Below are positions 32,927-46,220 of a DNA stretch of 64,000 nt, piece by piece (the first letter of the stretch is position 1; each line of letters begins with the position of its first letter). The position numbers were made by a program, and so were the translations under genes. The stretch is from Narcine bancroftii (taxonomy: Eukaryota), in assembly GCF_036971445.1 (NCBI RefSeq), contig NC_091469.1:157976001-158040000 (forward strand), in the 5' to 3' direction. The notes under the pieces were generated by a model. It saw nothing but the letters and a program-made list of their open reading frames with translations. It did not search any database and was not told the origin of the DNA.

Positions 32927-35900
32927 TGCGGCGTGCGCGCTATCACGAAGTGTGGAAGGAAGACACACACACGAGGAGTCGAAGTCGAAGACTGATCTAT
33001 TGCACTGGCAGCTCTGCTTTTATATGGGGCCCCTGGCTCTGACATCAGGGCCCAGCGTCTTCGGAGTCCCAGCCTCGGGTTGGCCACCATTCCCGCCAGA
33101 GGTCCCCATCTTCCCACCGTGTGGAGGTCATCTGGGATGACAGTCGGTGTCACCCCCTGGTCCGCCCAGTTGCCATGTTTGTCGGCCATTTTGTGGGCTG
33201 GTTTGCATCTCCATGCACTGGCCGCTGCATGACCTCCCCTCCCTAGAACCAATGACCAGCCCATTGTCCGTAGCCTTCAGTGGCCTGCCCCTGTGTCATG
33301 GGGTGGACTGGAGACCATCTTGTTACAGTCCAGATATGCTACCATCAGGTAGTTGGCGGTAAAAGTTTCCTCCTTACTGCCGATGTCAAGGTCAAAGGTG
33401 GAACCATTGTTTCTAGGGCCCCTCGTAGGGTCATTGTAAGGGTGGTCTGTATGTGCCTCTCCTCACGAACACATTCTGGCAAGTCTTTAGGTCCTTCGGG
33501 ACGCTATGTTTGGACTGGCTGTATGGTGGGGATTGCATGGGACCAACAACCCCAGCTTTCGCTGCAGGCTCTTGAGGGTTATCGTGGGGTCTTCTGGGCA
33601 TTTATTGGGGGCCAGGAACTTCCCGGGGATGATTAAAGGTGCACCGTAGACCATCTCTTCCGCTCCACCAACCCGTTGGCCTGAGGGTGATATGCCATGG
33701 TGTGGTGGAGCTGTGATGCTCAGAGGTGAAGTATGCACACTGCCCCCCCCCCACCCCCGTCCAAGGTTAGGTGCTCCAGGACCCCGAAACAAGACACCCA
33801 TGTGTCAACGAATGCCCTGATGCAGGTTTCTGTAGTGGTATCAGCCCGCGGGCCCTCCTCCGGCCACCTTGTAGAGTTGTCCACCATGGTTAAGAGGTCT
33901 CTTGCCCCATGGGAAACTGGCAACGGACCCACTATGACGATGTGTATATAGCTGAACCCACGCTGTGCTGGCTCAAAAGTCTGTGTGGGCGCTCTCGTGT
34001 CAACCTGCACTTTGGAGGACTGACAGTTCAGGCAGATTTTGACCCAACTGGCTGGCCTGTTTATGGAGCCCATGCCAGACAAACTTGTTGGCCACCATTT
34101 TAACCATGGCACAGATGGCAGGGCGCACCAGGTTGGAACAATGGAGCAGGGGCTGCTGGTGGAAACGTCGCATAGCAGCGTCAGGTTACCTGGACTGACA
34201 GAGTCGTCCTCCTCCCTGAGACCGGAGACAGTTGATCTGTTGTGAGGATCTCAGGGTCTTGCTGCTGCGCTTTGGTGAGGGCCACGTAATCCACCCCATG
34301 TATTGATTCGATCACAGGGGGAGTGACAGAGTGTTGGCTATCATGTTGCTTTCCCAGCGATATGCTGAATATCTGGGGTAAACTTGGACACGTAGGACAA
34401 GTGTCTCCATTGTTGGGCCGACCAAGGGTCCGATACCTTATGGAAGGTGAAAGTCAGCGGTTTGTGATCAGTGAACACCCTGAATTCCCGGCCTTCCAAA
34501 AAGTAATGGAAATGTCTTTCCGCCAGATACAGCGCTAATAGCTCTCGGTCAAAAGCACCGTATTTGAACTTGGGGATGGGGGGAGGGGCCTGCTGAAAAA
34601 GGCCAGGGGTTACCACTGGCAGTTAGGGCAATAGGTGCCTCCGGTCTCCGGTGGACCAGGAGTGTGGCAGATGCCAGCATGTCTTTGGCATTCTGGAACG
34701 CCCTGGAAGACTCATTGTCCCAAGTAATGTCATTTGACTTGTCTGACATTAGTGCAAAGAGGAGGCGCATAATGCTTGCCGCTGCCAGCATGAATCTGTG
34801 GTAAAAGTTTATTATACTGGCAAATTCCTGCAGCTCTTTTACTGTGCGTGGCTTAGTGAAATGCTGGACCGACTCGACCTTCTCGGGCAGGGTTGTAGCC
34901 CTGTGTCTGTTAATCCTGTGCCTCAAGAAATTAATGGTGTCCAGACTGAACTGGCATTTTGCGGGGATGGCGTTCAACCCAAACTCACTCAAACGGGTGC
35001 ACTGTTGTCTCTGGTGGGCAGTCTGGTCCTTGCAGCTGTGGCTGGCAATGAGGATATCGTCCAAATAAATGAATGCAAATGGGAGGTACCGGCCCACTGT
35101 TTGCTGAAAAGTTAGACCAAAGGAAATGCAGAGAAATTCAAGGGGGTTATGATTACAGTCTTGGGGACATCCTGGCAGTGAACTGGGATTTAGTGGTACC
35201 CCCGGATGAGGTCCACCTTGGAGAACACCTGTGCCCCATGGAGGTTGGGGGAAAAGTCTTGGATGTGAGGCACAGGTTATCTGTTGGGCACGGTGATCTT
35301 GTTGAGGCAGCTGTTGTCACCGCATGGTCTCCAACTCCCAGCTGATTTGGACACTATGTGGAGGGGGTGCCCAGGAACTGTCGGAATGCCGCACAATCCC
35401 CAGCTCCTCCATTTTTTTAAATACCTCCTTCATCAGGCTGAACTTTTTGAGAGGGAGTTGGCATGCCTTGGCGTGGAGTGGGGCCTATCCCCTCCCCTCG
35501 GTCAACCTCCCCTGGTACCTTACCCTGTGCTTTGGCTCAGTCGTGGAGAACTGTGGGGCTTCTATTGAGGGGAGCTCCACCAGGATGTGGGCGAAAATTC
35601 ATTGGCTGAGAGGGTTATAGAGTCCAGGTTGGGGGGGGGGGGGGTGCGCGGGAAGCTCGGCTTCCCCCAGGGGCAGAGTCAGAAAGGTTCTGGTGTGCAC
35701 CAACACAGTCGCCAGAGGTTGACAAGCAGGCAGTGGGCCCAAAGGAAGTTGCATGGGGGAAGGTCCATTTAAAGTGGCCGTTGCCGAACTGAAGGGGGAT
35801 GGTGTGAGTACGAAAAGTCAAAATGGAGGAGCTGTTGGCTGTCCTCAGTGCTGGGCCCTGCATGTTGCTGCGGGTGTCGAGGGCTGCAGGGGTTTGGATG

Positions 35901-37007
35901 CTTATCTTGGCGCCCGTGTCAACCAGGAAATGCCTGGCCAACAAGGAGTCCTAGACATAGTGGAGACTATCACGTGGTCCAACCGCCGCACCCATCAATG
36001 ACGGATGGCCAGGGCAATTCCCGAAAGCCTGCAGGGTGGGTGGCATTGACGGGCCTTCGCACCCCATCGCTGATGATAGTAGCAAAGCTGTTCCGGGGTG
36101 TTCATTTGCCTTTCCCCTGGCCTTGATCCCATTGGGAGTTGTTCATAGGGCTTGCTGATGTGGTGTACAGCAGCACTGGTGCTCTTCTTTGCTCTCTGAA
36201 GCATGTCCACCTGGGCAGCGACCTCCCTGAGGGGCGCTGAAATTCTCGTCTTTGAGCAAGAGCCGTATATCTTCGGGCAGCTGGTCCAGAAAGATCTGCT
36301 CGAAGAGCAGGTAAGGTTTGTGGCCCTCTGTTAGAGCAAGCTTCTCGCTCATTGAGGCAGATGGGGCCCTGTCCCCCAATCTGTCCATATACAGCAATCG
36401 GGTGGCGTAGGAACGCCCGGAAGTGCGGATTAGTAGCTCTTTGAGGACTGCATATTTGCCTTGCTCCGGAGGCTGCCATAGGAAATCTACAACCCTTGCT
36501 GCTGTGTCCTGATCGAGGGCATCACGACATAGAAGTAACAGGTGTTAGCGGCGGCGATGTGGCAAAGCTTGAACTGAGCCTTGGCCTGCTCGAACCACAC
36601 GTAATGGCTGTGACACCCAGAATGTTGGAAGCCTGAGAGAGACTGAGTGTTTGGTCATTGGTTCCACTTGATCCGTCATCTTCGGGTCCAACTGCCAGTT
36701 GGACCTGTCTGGGTCACCAATGTAGCATGCAAAGTGCGGAAAGAAGACACACACGAGGAGTTGAAGTCAAAGATTGATTTATTGAACTTGGCAGCTCTGT
36801 TTATGAGCCCCTGGTGCTGATGTCAGGGTCCCATGTCATCGGAGCACTGACCTCAGGTTGGCTGGCATTCCTGCCAGTGTTCCCCATCTTCCCATTGTGT
36901 GGAAGTCACATGGGACGACGGCTGGTGTCACCTTTGTGTCCACGCGGTCGCTGCGTCCGTCGGCCATTTTGTGGGCCAGTCCGTGTCTCTGTGCGCGTGC
37001 CACTACA
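32927..37007 (-). mobile_element. Decayed Ty3/Gypsy LTR retrotransposon (LTRs 32927-33229 and 36721-37007)
   Basis: Diverged ~290-bp LTRs; PPT beside 33230; PBS TGGTGACCC(A)GAC beside 36720. Fragments of gag (LPTFW..P), protease (FLVDTGA), RT (YLDDILIAS), RNase H (FDRELLA..TDHKPL) and integrase (VGPLP..TRWPE). Imperfect TSD GGAT/GGCT. Confidence 0.9.
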
Positions 37008-37147
37008 GGCTCATTTAAAAGACTCTCCATAGGTACATTGATGTAAGAAAAATAGAGGGTTACTGGTGTGAGTGAGGGAAGGGCTAGATTGTGTGACAGG
37101 TTTATATAGGTCGGCAAAATGTCATGGGCTGAAGGGTCTGTTATATC

Positions 37148-37397
37148 AAATTTAAACATACAGCACAGTAACAGGCCATTTTGCTCCATGAGCCCATGCC
37201 ACCCTATTTACACCCGATTAATGTACACCCCCGTTACGTTTTGAAGGGTGGGAGGAAACCTGAGTTCCCAGGGAAAACCCATGCAGACACGGAGAAAGTT
37301 CAAACTCTTTACAGACGGTGCGGGATTCCAACCCCGGTCCCGATCGCTGGCGCTGTAACTAGCATTGCGCTAACCACTACCTCAACCCTTGCTGCTC
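37148..37397 (-). mobile_element. V-SINE (HE1-like)
   Basis: Same core as 26035-26282. Confidence 0.78.
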
Positions 37398-38823
37398 CTA
37401 TTCTATTAAAAACCCAATGCTGGAGAAATTCAGCAGGTCAGAGTACTTTATATAGCAGAGATACATAATCAACGTTTTGGGCTTGAGCCCCTTCTTCAAG
37501 GCACCTTGTTTCACTTCCATTATATTCCATGTTCTATGATTGAACAAATCACATTGATCAAGGCAGAGTGGTTGATCTATGGATTTCAGGGGGGTATTTG
37601 CTTAGGTTCCCCATGCAATGTTAATTCAGAAAGTAAGGAATCACAGAATCCAAGGGGGCCTTCCTTTGTGGATACTGAATTGGCTTGCCCAGAGATGGCA
37701 GAGGGTGGTTGTAGATGGTCCCTATCCTGCGTGAAGAATCAGTGACCAGTGGTATTCGGCAGGGATCTATTCTGGGACCCCTCGTCTTTGCAATGGCCCA
37801 GGTGAGAGGGAGTGGAAGGGAGGGTTAGTAAGTATGAAAAAATGGGTGATATTGTGGATAGTCTGGAGGGTTGCCAGTGGTTATACAGAGGGCCATTGGT
37901 AGGACGCAGAGCTGGACTGTGGTGGCAGGTGAATTTTAGCTTGGAAAAGTGTGACGTAGTTCGCTTCAGTTGGTCAAATCTGAAGGCAGAATACCAGGTT
38001 AACGGGAGGGCTCTGAGCAGTGTGGAGGAAGTGAGAGATCCTGGGGCCCATGTCCACAGGACACTCAAAGCTGCTGCACAGGTTGAGAGTGCTGTTAAGA
38101 AGTCGTATGGTGTGCTGGCCTTCATTAGAATACCTGACTGTAAAAGCCACCTATTCTACCCCAATGCGGCTGTCGGGTGGCCACCTGAAAGTGGAGAACC
38201 CGGACAGGAGGAGCACTTACCTAATCCTCCTCCTGTAGGTATGTTCTTCAGCTCTGAGAATCTCCTGTTGCACCTGAAAGCAGCACCAGGCAAAGCGGCT
38301 AGCTTTGGTGCCTGACAGTCCCCTGGCATGGGGTGGCACTGAGCTGGGGTGGCTCAGTCCCGTAGTCCCGCGACGGGGGGCTGTCAGGCAGCGAGCAGGG
38401 GGCTGTCGGCAGCGGGGAGGGGGGCTGTCAGGCAGCGGGGAGGCAAGCTGTCAGGCGGCTGCCCCTGCCCTGACTCAGGAGCCGGTGTTTGCTCTGCTTC
38501 GGACCTTTCAGGCGGCAGAACACCGCCTTCAGCGCTGCCACCTGAACATCCCTTCGCAGACACCCGCAGCCGTTCTGGAGCCGTATTCTCCAGGCGATTC
38601 CACCTGAAAGCAGCTATTGACTGTGGGATTGAATTCAAGACTCGAGTTAATGTTGCAGCTGTACAAGACCCCATTCGAAATATTGTGTTCCATTCTGGTC
38701 ATTGAATGCACAGCAGTATGAAAGTTTTCTGATGACATTACTACAGGATTAACTTTGTTTTTCCTGTCATAGTCTTCATTTCTTCACCTGAGTCAGGGTT
38801 GACGTCTCTCCTTGTCTCTGCAG

Positions 38824-38917
38824 TCACCGTGCTTCTTCCCGTTGTGATTTTGTGTATTCCACTTGGATTGAAAGCTTTTGGCCTTTTTGTCATGTGCATC
38901 GTTTTCTTCAGTAACAG
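38824..38917 (+). CDS. Gene A exon 4, transmembrane helix with central Lys
   Basis: ttgtctctgcag| acceptor and AG|gtatgt donor, phase 1-2. VTVLLPVVILCIPLGLKAFGLFVMCIVFFSN; Lys codon at 38871-38873. Confidence 0.82.
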
Positions 38918-39882
38918 GTATGTAATTTCACTGAAAACACTTACTTTTACGTGAGTCAATTTAAGGAGGGACCTTAGTGTGTGTTTGGAAGTTATTCAAC
39001 TTTTACAGCACCCCGGATGAACCAACAACCTTTCCCCTCAAGCGGCAATGTCACGATCAGATTGGTGATTGAAGACATTGTGTAAAAAATAACTTGGGCT
39101 TTCAACATTATAACTTGGATCTATGGAACCTATTGGTTGTTGAGACCAAGGCAACACAGTGATGTCACGGCGAGGGTGACTTTTCCTGCACCCAGCACAT
39201 AGAATTTACCTGGTCAGCACAAACCGTGTGCTCGATGTATATGCAGTTTCAGTCAGGTGGTTCCAAGCAGAGCAGGAGCCCAGACAATGTCGCCTCTCCC
39301 CATCCCACTGACAACAAGACTGGTTGGAAAGCCCTCGCCTCTACTCCATCTGGGACCATCCTCGTCAGTCCAGGCCCACATTCCTGGGTCCTGATTAAAT
39401 CTCTCCCACCACTCCCTTCACTGCAATCCGCTTGATCCGTCCAAGGATATTAACAATCAAATGTGGTTTGATTGAATTCTATTTCCATAATCATTGTTGA
39501 TCATCAGTTTCCCGTTCAATTTCCAATCTCAGTTTGTTCCCGTTTCAGCATGTTGGATGCAGACCAAGATCCCTGCGTTCCTCAACCCTCCCCTGGACTC
39601 TGCTATTCTTTGTGTAGGACCATCACTGGTTAGTCCTTTTACTTAACTAGAACGAACTTCCTTCCTGCCTGTCCTTGCCACCATCAATATTCACGACATT
39701 TGCGAAGCTACACATTTTATGCGAATGTGGGCCCTTGTGAATGTCAAATGTTGACATTGAATGAAGAGTTCTAGTGAAGCCTCGGTCCAAGTCCCTTTGC
39801 AGTTCGAAGTCAACGGAGATGCCAGGTGTGGTTATTGTCTAGTGACCAAGGGTCGTTTTAACTGGCATTGTTCTGTCCGCAG

Positions 39883-39991
39883 AAAGAGGCGGGGCAGATC
39901 CATCGCAGGAGGCGGAGGAGAGCAGATTTCTAACAACAGTGTGTACCCTCCCCATCCCAAAACCACGCGCCCATCTGAACAGCACTTTTGA
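39883..39991 (+). CDS. Gene A exon 5, short cytoplasmic tail and stop
   Basis: ttttaac branch point and ttctgtccgcag| acceptor, phase 2. Gives RKRRGRSIAGGGGEQISNNSVYPPHPKTTRPSEQHF*, with a basic stop-transfer cluster directly after the TM. Confidence 0.72.
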
Positions 39992-40435
39992 GTGGAATCC
40001 TTGCTTGTCACCGATGATTTGGAACGAGTGGCTCAAGGAGCAGAAAAGCGAGTGCAAAATAGCTCCATGAATCCAGCCCATTAGAGTCTTAAATGGTGCC
40101 GGACTGGCAGATACTCTGCTCTATATTAACACATTAATACACGTTTAATTTACTTTGGACAAGACGTGGTTGTCTGAATGACCCAGTAGTCTGCTGAGAT
40201 TAAAAGAGTGCGGGAGATGGGGCACGGCACTGCTTAGAACATAGAACATCACAGCACAATACATGCCCTTTGGCCCTCGATGTTGTGCCAACCGATATAT
40301 ATCCTACCAAATGTAAATACTAATCTCTTCCTATCCCATAACCCTCTATTTTTCTTTCATCCATGTGCCTCTTGAATGTCCCTATTGATCCAGCCTCCAC
40401 CACCACCCTCAGCAAAGCCATTCCAGGCCCTTACT

Positions 40436-40590
40436 TTTCTTTGGCTTGGCTTCGCGGACGAAGATTTATGGAGGGGGTAAAAGTCCACGTCAGCTGCAGG
40501 CTCGTTTGTGGCTGACAAGTCCGATGCGGGACAGGCAGACACGGTTGCAGCGGTTTCAGGGGAAAATTGGTTGGTTGGGGTTTGGGTGTT
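40436..40590 (-). mobile_element. Very short RTE-clade LINE 3' end inserted into a CR1 3' end
   Basis: Near identical to 58545-58699; perfect 10-bp TSD GGCCCTTACT (40426-40435 and 40591-40600). Confidence 0.9.
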
Positions 40591-42614
40591 GGCCCTTACT
40601 ACTGTCTGCTTAAATAAACTTGCCTCTGAGGTCTCCCCTCAACCCCTCCCTTTACTCTGCTCACATGCCATCTGGTGTTTGCTGGGAAAAATGCGCTGGC
40701 CGTCCACCCTACCTATGCCTCTCAGGATTTTGTCGACCTCTATTAAATCTCCTCTCATGCTTCTTTGCTCCAAAGAGAAAAAGTCCCAGCTCTGTTTAAA
40801 AGGAGCACAGGAACATAGACTACCGCTTGTGTCAAAGGGTGGGGGAGGAATTGGTCCCACTGTGTGAACAGGGTTGGCAGGGAGCTGGGACTCCAGAGGA
40901 AGGAGTGCTGTACAACTGGGCCCGGGTTTGCATAAAGCTGGGCCTCGGTGTGTCAGTGCGTTATTTGGAACATGGGAAGCTGGCGCTGTGAGAATGAGTG
41001 CGGAACCCTGGACACTGGTGCATCAGCCATAGAAAACTGCAGCATGGAAAACAGGTCATTCAGCCCTTCCAGTCTGCGGTGACCATTGTTCAGCTGGTCC
41101 CCAATAACCTGCTCCTGTTCCATCACCCTCCAGGCTTCTCCCATCCATGTATCTATCCCATTTATTCTTAAAGCTCAAGATCGAGTCTGCACCCACCACA
41201 TCAGGTGAGAGGAGATTTTACAGAGGTCAACCAGATTCTGAGAGTGGACAGACAGCACCTGTTTCCCAGGGCAGGACGAAGAGAGCGAATCTCAGCAGTG
41301 TGTGAATCCAAGGGGATTCGACACAAACTGATTGTGTACGATTGAGGGATTTTTCTCCATCATCGAACCTCTATGTATTTCAAAGTGGACTGAGGCTGGT
41401 GCCGGGTCATACGACCTACCCCGACTTTTCCAATTTAAGCCAGTCACTGAGAGTGACTTCACAGAGCCGCAATGGAGAGTACCGTCATTGCAACACCACT
41501 CAAGTGCATACATTGGTCTTTCCCAGTGGTTCTCAACCTTCATTCCCCCACGCACCTTAACTTAAGTAATCACTTACTAACCATAGAGCACCTATGGCAT
41601 CCAAAACCACTAGTCTTACCGAACCAACAATCTACAATGCCCTTTGCTCAGAATTGTAACCCTGACGGCGGCCATTCGGCCCTGTTCCATCATTCTAGTT
41701 CTTTTATGGCTATCATTTGTTCTACCTTGCCTTAGAGGCCACATAATAATGAGTACTCAAATGAGACAACTACCACGGAGCTATCAGGCCTGATAGATCT
41801 GTGATTGTTGCCCCCTTCGATTATCTATCCAAAGCTGATCAGTTAGATTCAAAACTGGCTTGCCAATAAGCAACGGATGGCGATGGGAGAGGGTTGCCTT
41901 TGTCATTGGATGCCTGTGACCAGTGGCGTTCCACAGAGGTCGGTGATGGAAATCTTGCCGTTTGAATGACTTTGGATGTGAATACGGAAGGCAGCATCAG
42001 TGTGTACAGAGATGATGTGAAGAGCAGTAGAGCCATTGACCGTGAAAAACCGCAATGCTGGAGTAACTCAGCAGGTCAAACGGTGTTCGAGGCAGTAGGG
42101 AGAAGGAGCTCAGGCTACAGCGTTCCACTGATGTGTTGGTGAAATGGGCTGAGAAATGCCAGATGGCATTTAATCAAGGTAAGTATGAGGCCAGCACATG
42201 CATCGGTCACGGTAGCGCCCTAGAGATGTTGAGAAACTGATGGACCTTGGCGTCCAAGTCCAAAGATACTTGAAGATTGCAGTGCAGCAGATAATTTTGA
42301 GAAGGATTTTGGATTTCATTCCTCAGGCCAATAAATACAAGAGCAGGGAAGTTATGCTCCAACTTTAGAGAATGTTATAGAGCACAGATGAAATGCTGCA
42401 CCACACTATAAGGAAGATGGGAGAGGGTGCAAGGAGACTCATCAGCGTTAGATCTGGAATGCATCATTTAAATTAGGAGAAGAGGCCAGATGGATGAAAA
42501 ATGTTTTCTCCAAAAGAAGAGAAAATTATGTAGGGGGGGGGGGGCACGATTCATCTTTGACAAGTGTGAGGTGCTTCGCTTTGGGTTGCCGAACCTGGGT
42601 AGGATTTTCACAGG

Positions 42615-43670
42615 GCTATTCCCTTCTCGTGATTTCTCAGTCTCTGTGGCCTCTTTTTCCAAGATGAGGTCTTTCAGTCCAGATCGTTTGAAATGATTGC
42701 CTTCATCCACAAAAGTGGCTTCCCCTCCACTACCATCACCTCAGCCCTCACCCACATCTCCTCCATTTTCTGCTCGTCTGCCCTGGTCCCTTCTGCCCAC
42801 GGATGTAGCCAACGCAGGATTCCCCTTGTCCTCACCTACCACCCCACCAGCCTCTGCAACCAGCACATTTCCGCCACCCCACAACAGGATCCCACTGCCA
42901 GACACCTCTTTCCCTCTCCTCCCCTCTCTGCCTTCTGTAGGGACCGCTCCTTCCATGACTCCCTTGTCTACTCATCCCTCCTCACCAATCACCCGTCACC
43001 TCCCCCCAACCCCCCTCCGCATCTACCCCTGTGAGGGCAGGAAATATCACACCACCATTTTGGGCCCCCAAACAGTCCTTTCAAATGAAGAAACATGTCC
43101 CTTGTGTATCCCCGAGAGTTCATTACTGCATCCGGTGCTCCCGTTGTGGCCTTCTCTACATCGGAGAGACTGGGCGCAGGCTGAGACATCGCTTCACTGA
43201 GCATCCTCACTCTGTCCACATCCGTGACAGCAAGCTCCCAGTGGCCAGCCACTTCAATTCCACTCCCCACTCCCACTCTGACATGGCCTCGTGTACTATC
43301 CCACCAAGACTATCCATAAATTTCCCATCTGGGCACTCTCCAGCCGAATAGCATTACCATCGACTTCTCCGGTTTCTGCCAGCCCACTCCCCGTTCTCCC
43401 TCCCTTCCTTTCCCCTTTGACTTCTTCTCTCCTGCTCTCCAACCCCTTCCCTCTCCATTCACAGAGCCATCCTCCCTTCTACACCAGTTACCTCCTGCCT
43501 GTGGGACTGCGGTCCTCCCCCTGCCCCCCCCCACCACTTTGTTCGGGCGCTTCCTGACACTTTTTCATATCTTGATGAAGGGCTCAAGCCTGAAACATTG
43601 GTTATGCATCTTTATCTTTGCTCTATACAGTGTTTGACCTGCCAAGTTTTCACAGCATTGTGTTTTGAGG
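42615..43670 (+). mobile_element. Penelope-like element 3' part (RT C-terminus and GIY-YIG endonuclease), decayed
   Basis: IPLVLTYHP...; VHYCIRCSRCGLLYIGETGRRLRHRFTEH...VASHFN. Confidence 0.85.
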
Positions 43671-43993
43671 CCAATGGGTACACATGCTTACTTCACTGCC
43701 AGTAGCAACCCAGAGATGGTGGTGGAGGCTGAAACATTAGGGGCATTTAAGAAAGACTTAGACAGGCACATGGATGGAAGAAAAATAGAGGGTTATGGGT
43801 AGGGATGTTTTAGTATATTTTGTAAGGAATATATGGGTCGGCACAACATCAAGGGCCGAAGGGCCTGTACTGTGCTCTAGTGTTCTATGTTCTACATTTG
43901 GTGGAATGTGCCCCCCACAAAAAAAATAGCTGGTCAAAGCTCAGTGAATAACTGGGAGTCAGAGATTATCACTTTCCTCTTCAGGACCACATG

Positions 43994-46185
43994 TGTTGAG
44001 TTTGGAAGAGTATCTGGTTCGGTGGGCTCATAGAGAGACGAGTCTGGACACGAGTGTTACAATCACAGATAACTTTAATGAACACACAGAGACAAACAGG
44101 GGAGAACGTCAAATGGTACTCGATTACTCTATGACTAAACAACACTGTACATATTCACATCGGACCCAGGTTGGACTCTGATACCAGTGGCCGCCTATAG
44201 TCCACACACTCAGACACTCTACCGACAGGAACTTTCACACACACTCCCTGAACCAGGGTGAGGGTCTCTGCAAGTACTGATCTATCGCAATACTACAGTT
44301 CAGCTTCAGTGTAGAGCACACCTTACACTGCCAGCGATGACCACAGCAGCGACCTGGCGTGGAGCTATGTTCGGGGCTTGGGTCACGAGGCAGAGAGAAA
44401 GAATGTGCTGTGCATCGATGTTATATACAGTTTTGATCTGGGTGTTTAGCCAATAATGACCCTAGATAATTTAAACGAGCCAACAGCAAGATGTGTACTA
44501 ATGAGTGGCCAGAGTCCAACCTTGATTTACAGGTGATGTGACTTCCAAATAAGTTTTAGATGGGGAGGGCACATGACCACCCACAATACACACATTCCAG
44601 GCAGACAGGGGGACCAGATGTTTCTCCACAATCCACACATATAACATTCCACAACACCCCCCCCCCCCCCCCCCCCCGCCACAAGAAGTCACGTCACTCT
44701 GCAATCACTGCAAAGAAAATCAATAACTGGCGCATGGGGCTTCCATCAACAAAGCTCTCTCCACAGAGCATACAGGTCTCTGTGAGACACCGGCAGGATG
44801 ATGTTGTCGAGCTTCGCCTCAGCCCTGCAAACTTGAGTGGGTGTTCACCGCTCCATGTACTCCGATCCCTCCAGGAGCGCAATGCCTTCCAGGACTGCTT
44901 TGCCGGTCACTAGTCCCATGAGGGCCAGAACCACCCCTCCAAGGTCAGGGTGTGCAGTGGTGACTAAATACCCCACCAAGGCACTAGTCACCTTCGTGCT
45001 CCTCTGGGAAATAGTGCTCACGGGCAACCCCATAGATACTCACAATCATTGCCCACTTCCTAACAACCCATGTCCCCAGGCCAACGGTGTGTTACTGCTG
45101 CCCATCGTGTAGGCCTTATTCTAGGAAGGCAGGGCACCTGCTCCGGATCACAGTCACCACCCATTCCTATAGGTTGGTGCCATCATCAACACCTTCTGTG
45201 GGGCACCTGCAAGGCTTTGGCAATCATCTGTTGTTCAGCCAGACAACCCAGGGTGCTCACTTCCCGATGAAAGAGGCAGACATTGGAGGCCCCCTTGTTC
45301 CACAGCTGTGGCAGCGACATGGCTAGGTGTTCGCCCGGCCGCTGGTGGTATTGGTCCCCTAGCCTGATTAAATCCTTAGCAGAGTGGACCTGGAGCTCCC
45401 TAATTTTACAGTGACTGCATGCATGCCCACCTAAGATTCCCCCCAACTTTGATGACCTCTTGGAGGGTTGGCGGGGTGCCCTCGTGGCAGGTCTGGGTCT
45501 GCACGACCACTGTGCAAAGGCTCGGACATGCAGGGGAGGAGGGTGTGTGTCATAAGATACAGTTTCCTCAGAGTTAATACCATCCATCCACACATACCCA
45601 TCCCCCAACCACGTGTCAATCCCCTCCCCCCAATGTTGAACAATGGCTTGGACTTCGCTTGGGTCGAGCTGCCAGCCAGACCAGTGAGCTGCTTGTGGCT
45701 GCTGTGTTTCAATCATCTTGGAGGCTGTTTCCATGACTTTCATTTCCAAGTTGGCCACTCGCTCTTGGGCAATCTGCACGGCCTCCTGTAGTGCACAACA
45801 GAGATGTTGCAGGGATTCAATCTCCCTATCTTCTGGGTGCCCTGTTTATTTAAATCGGACATGATACCCTGCTGACACCTAAGTAGGGATATCAGTAACC
45901 ACCAAGACTCCCCTTGGCCTTGGAAAATCCCGATTTCTCCAGAAGGGAGACCACATGGTGCCCTATCTTCTCTCCATGGGGATCCAGCCTGTCGGTCCAA
46001 TCAACAGTCATGGCATGGCTTGCCAGCCACGCCACCCAATGAATGAACCCCTGATGATTGTCGGTCCACCCGGGGATTTTGTATTCTGACCCTGGGGTTC
46101 CTTTCCTAGCTGTGGGTCACCTCCTGCTGCCCCCATTTGTGAAGCAGGTAGACAATAACACATGTACCCTACAGGCCCCCCCCAC

Positions 46186-46220
<35 letters not shown>

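Noticed and set aside
38130-38615. GC-rich segment with recurring CACCTGAAAG and several ORFs
   Set aside because: Probably a non-autonomous DNA element fragment; termini could not be defined and the ORFs match nothing I recognise.
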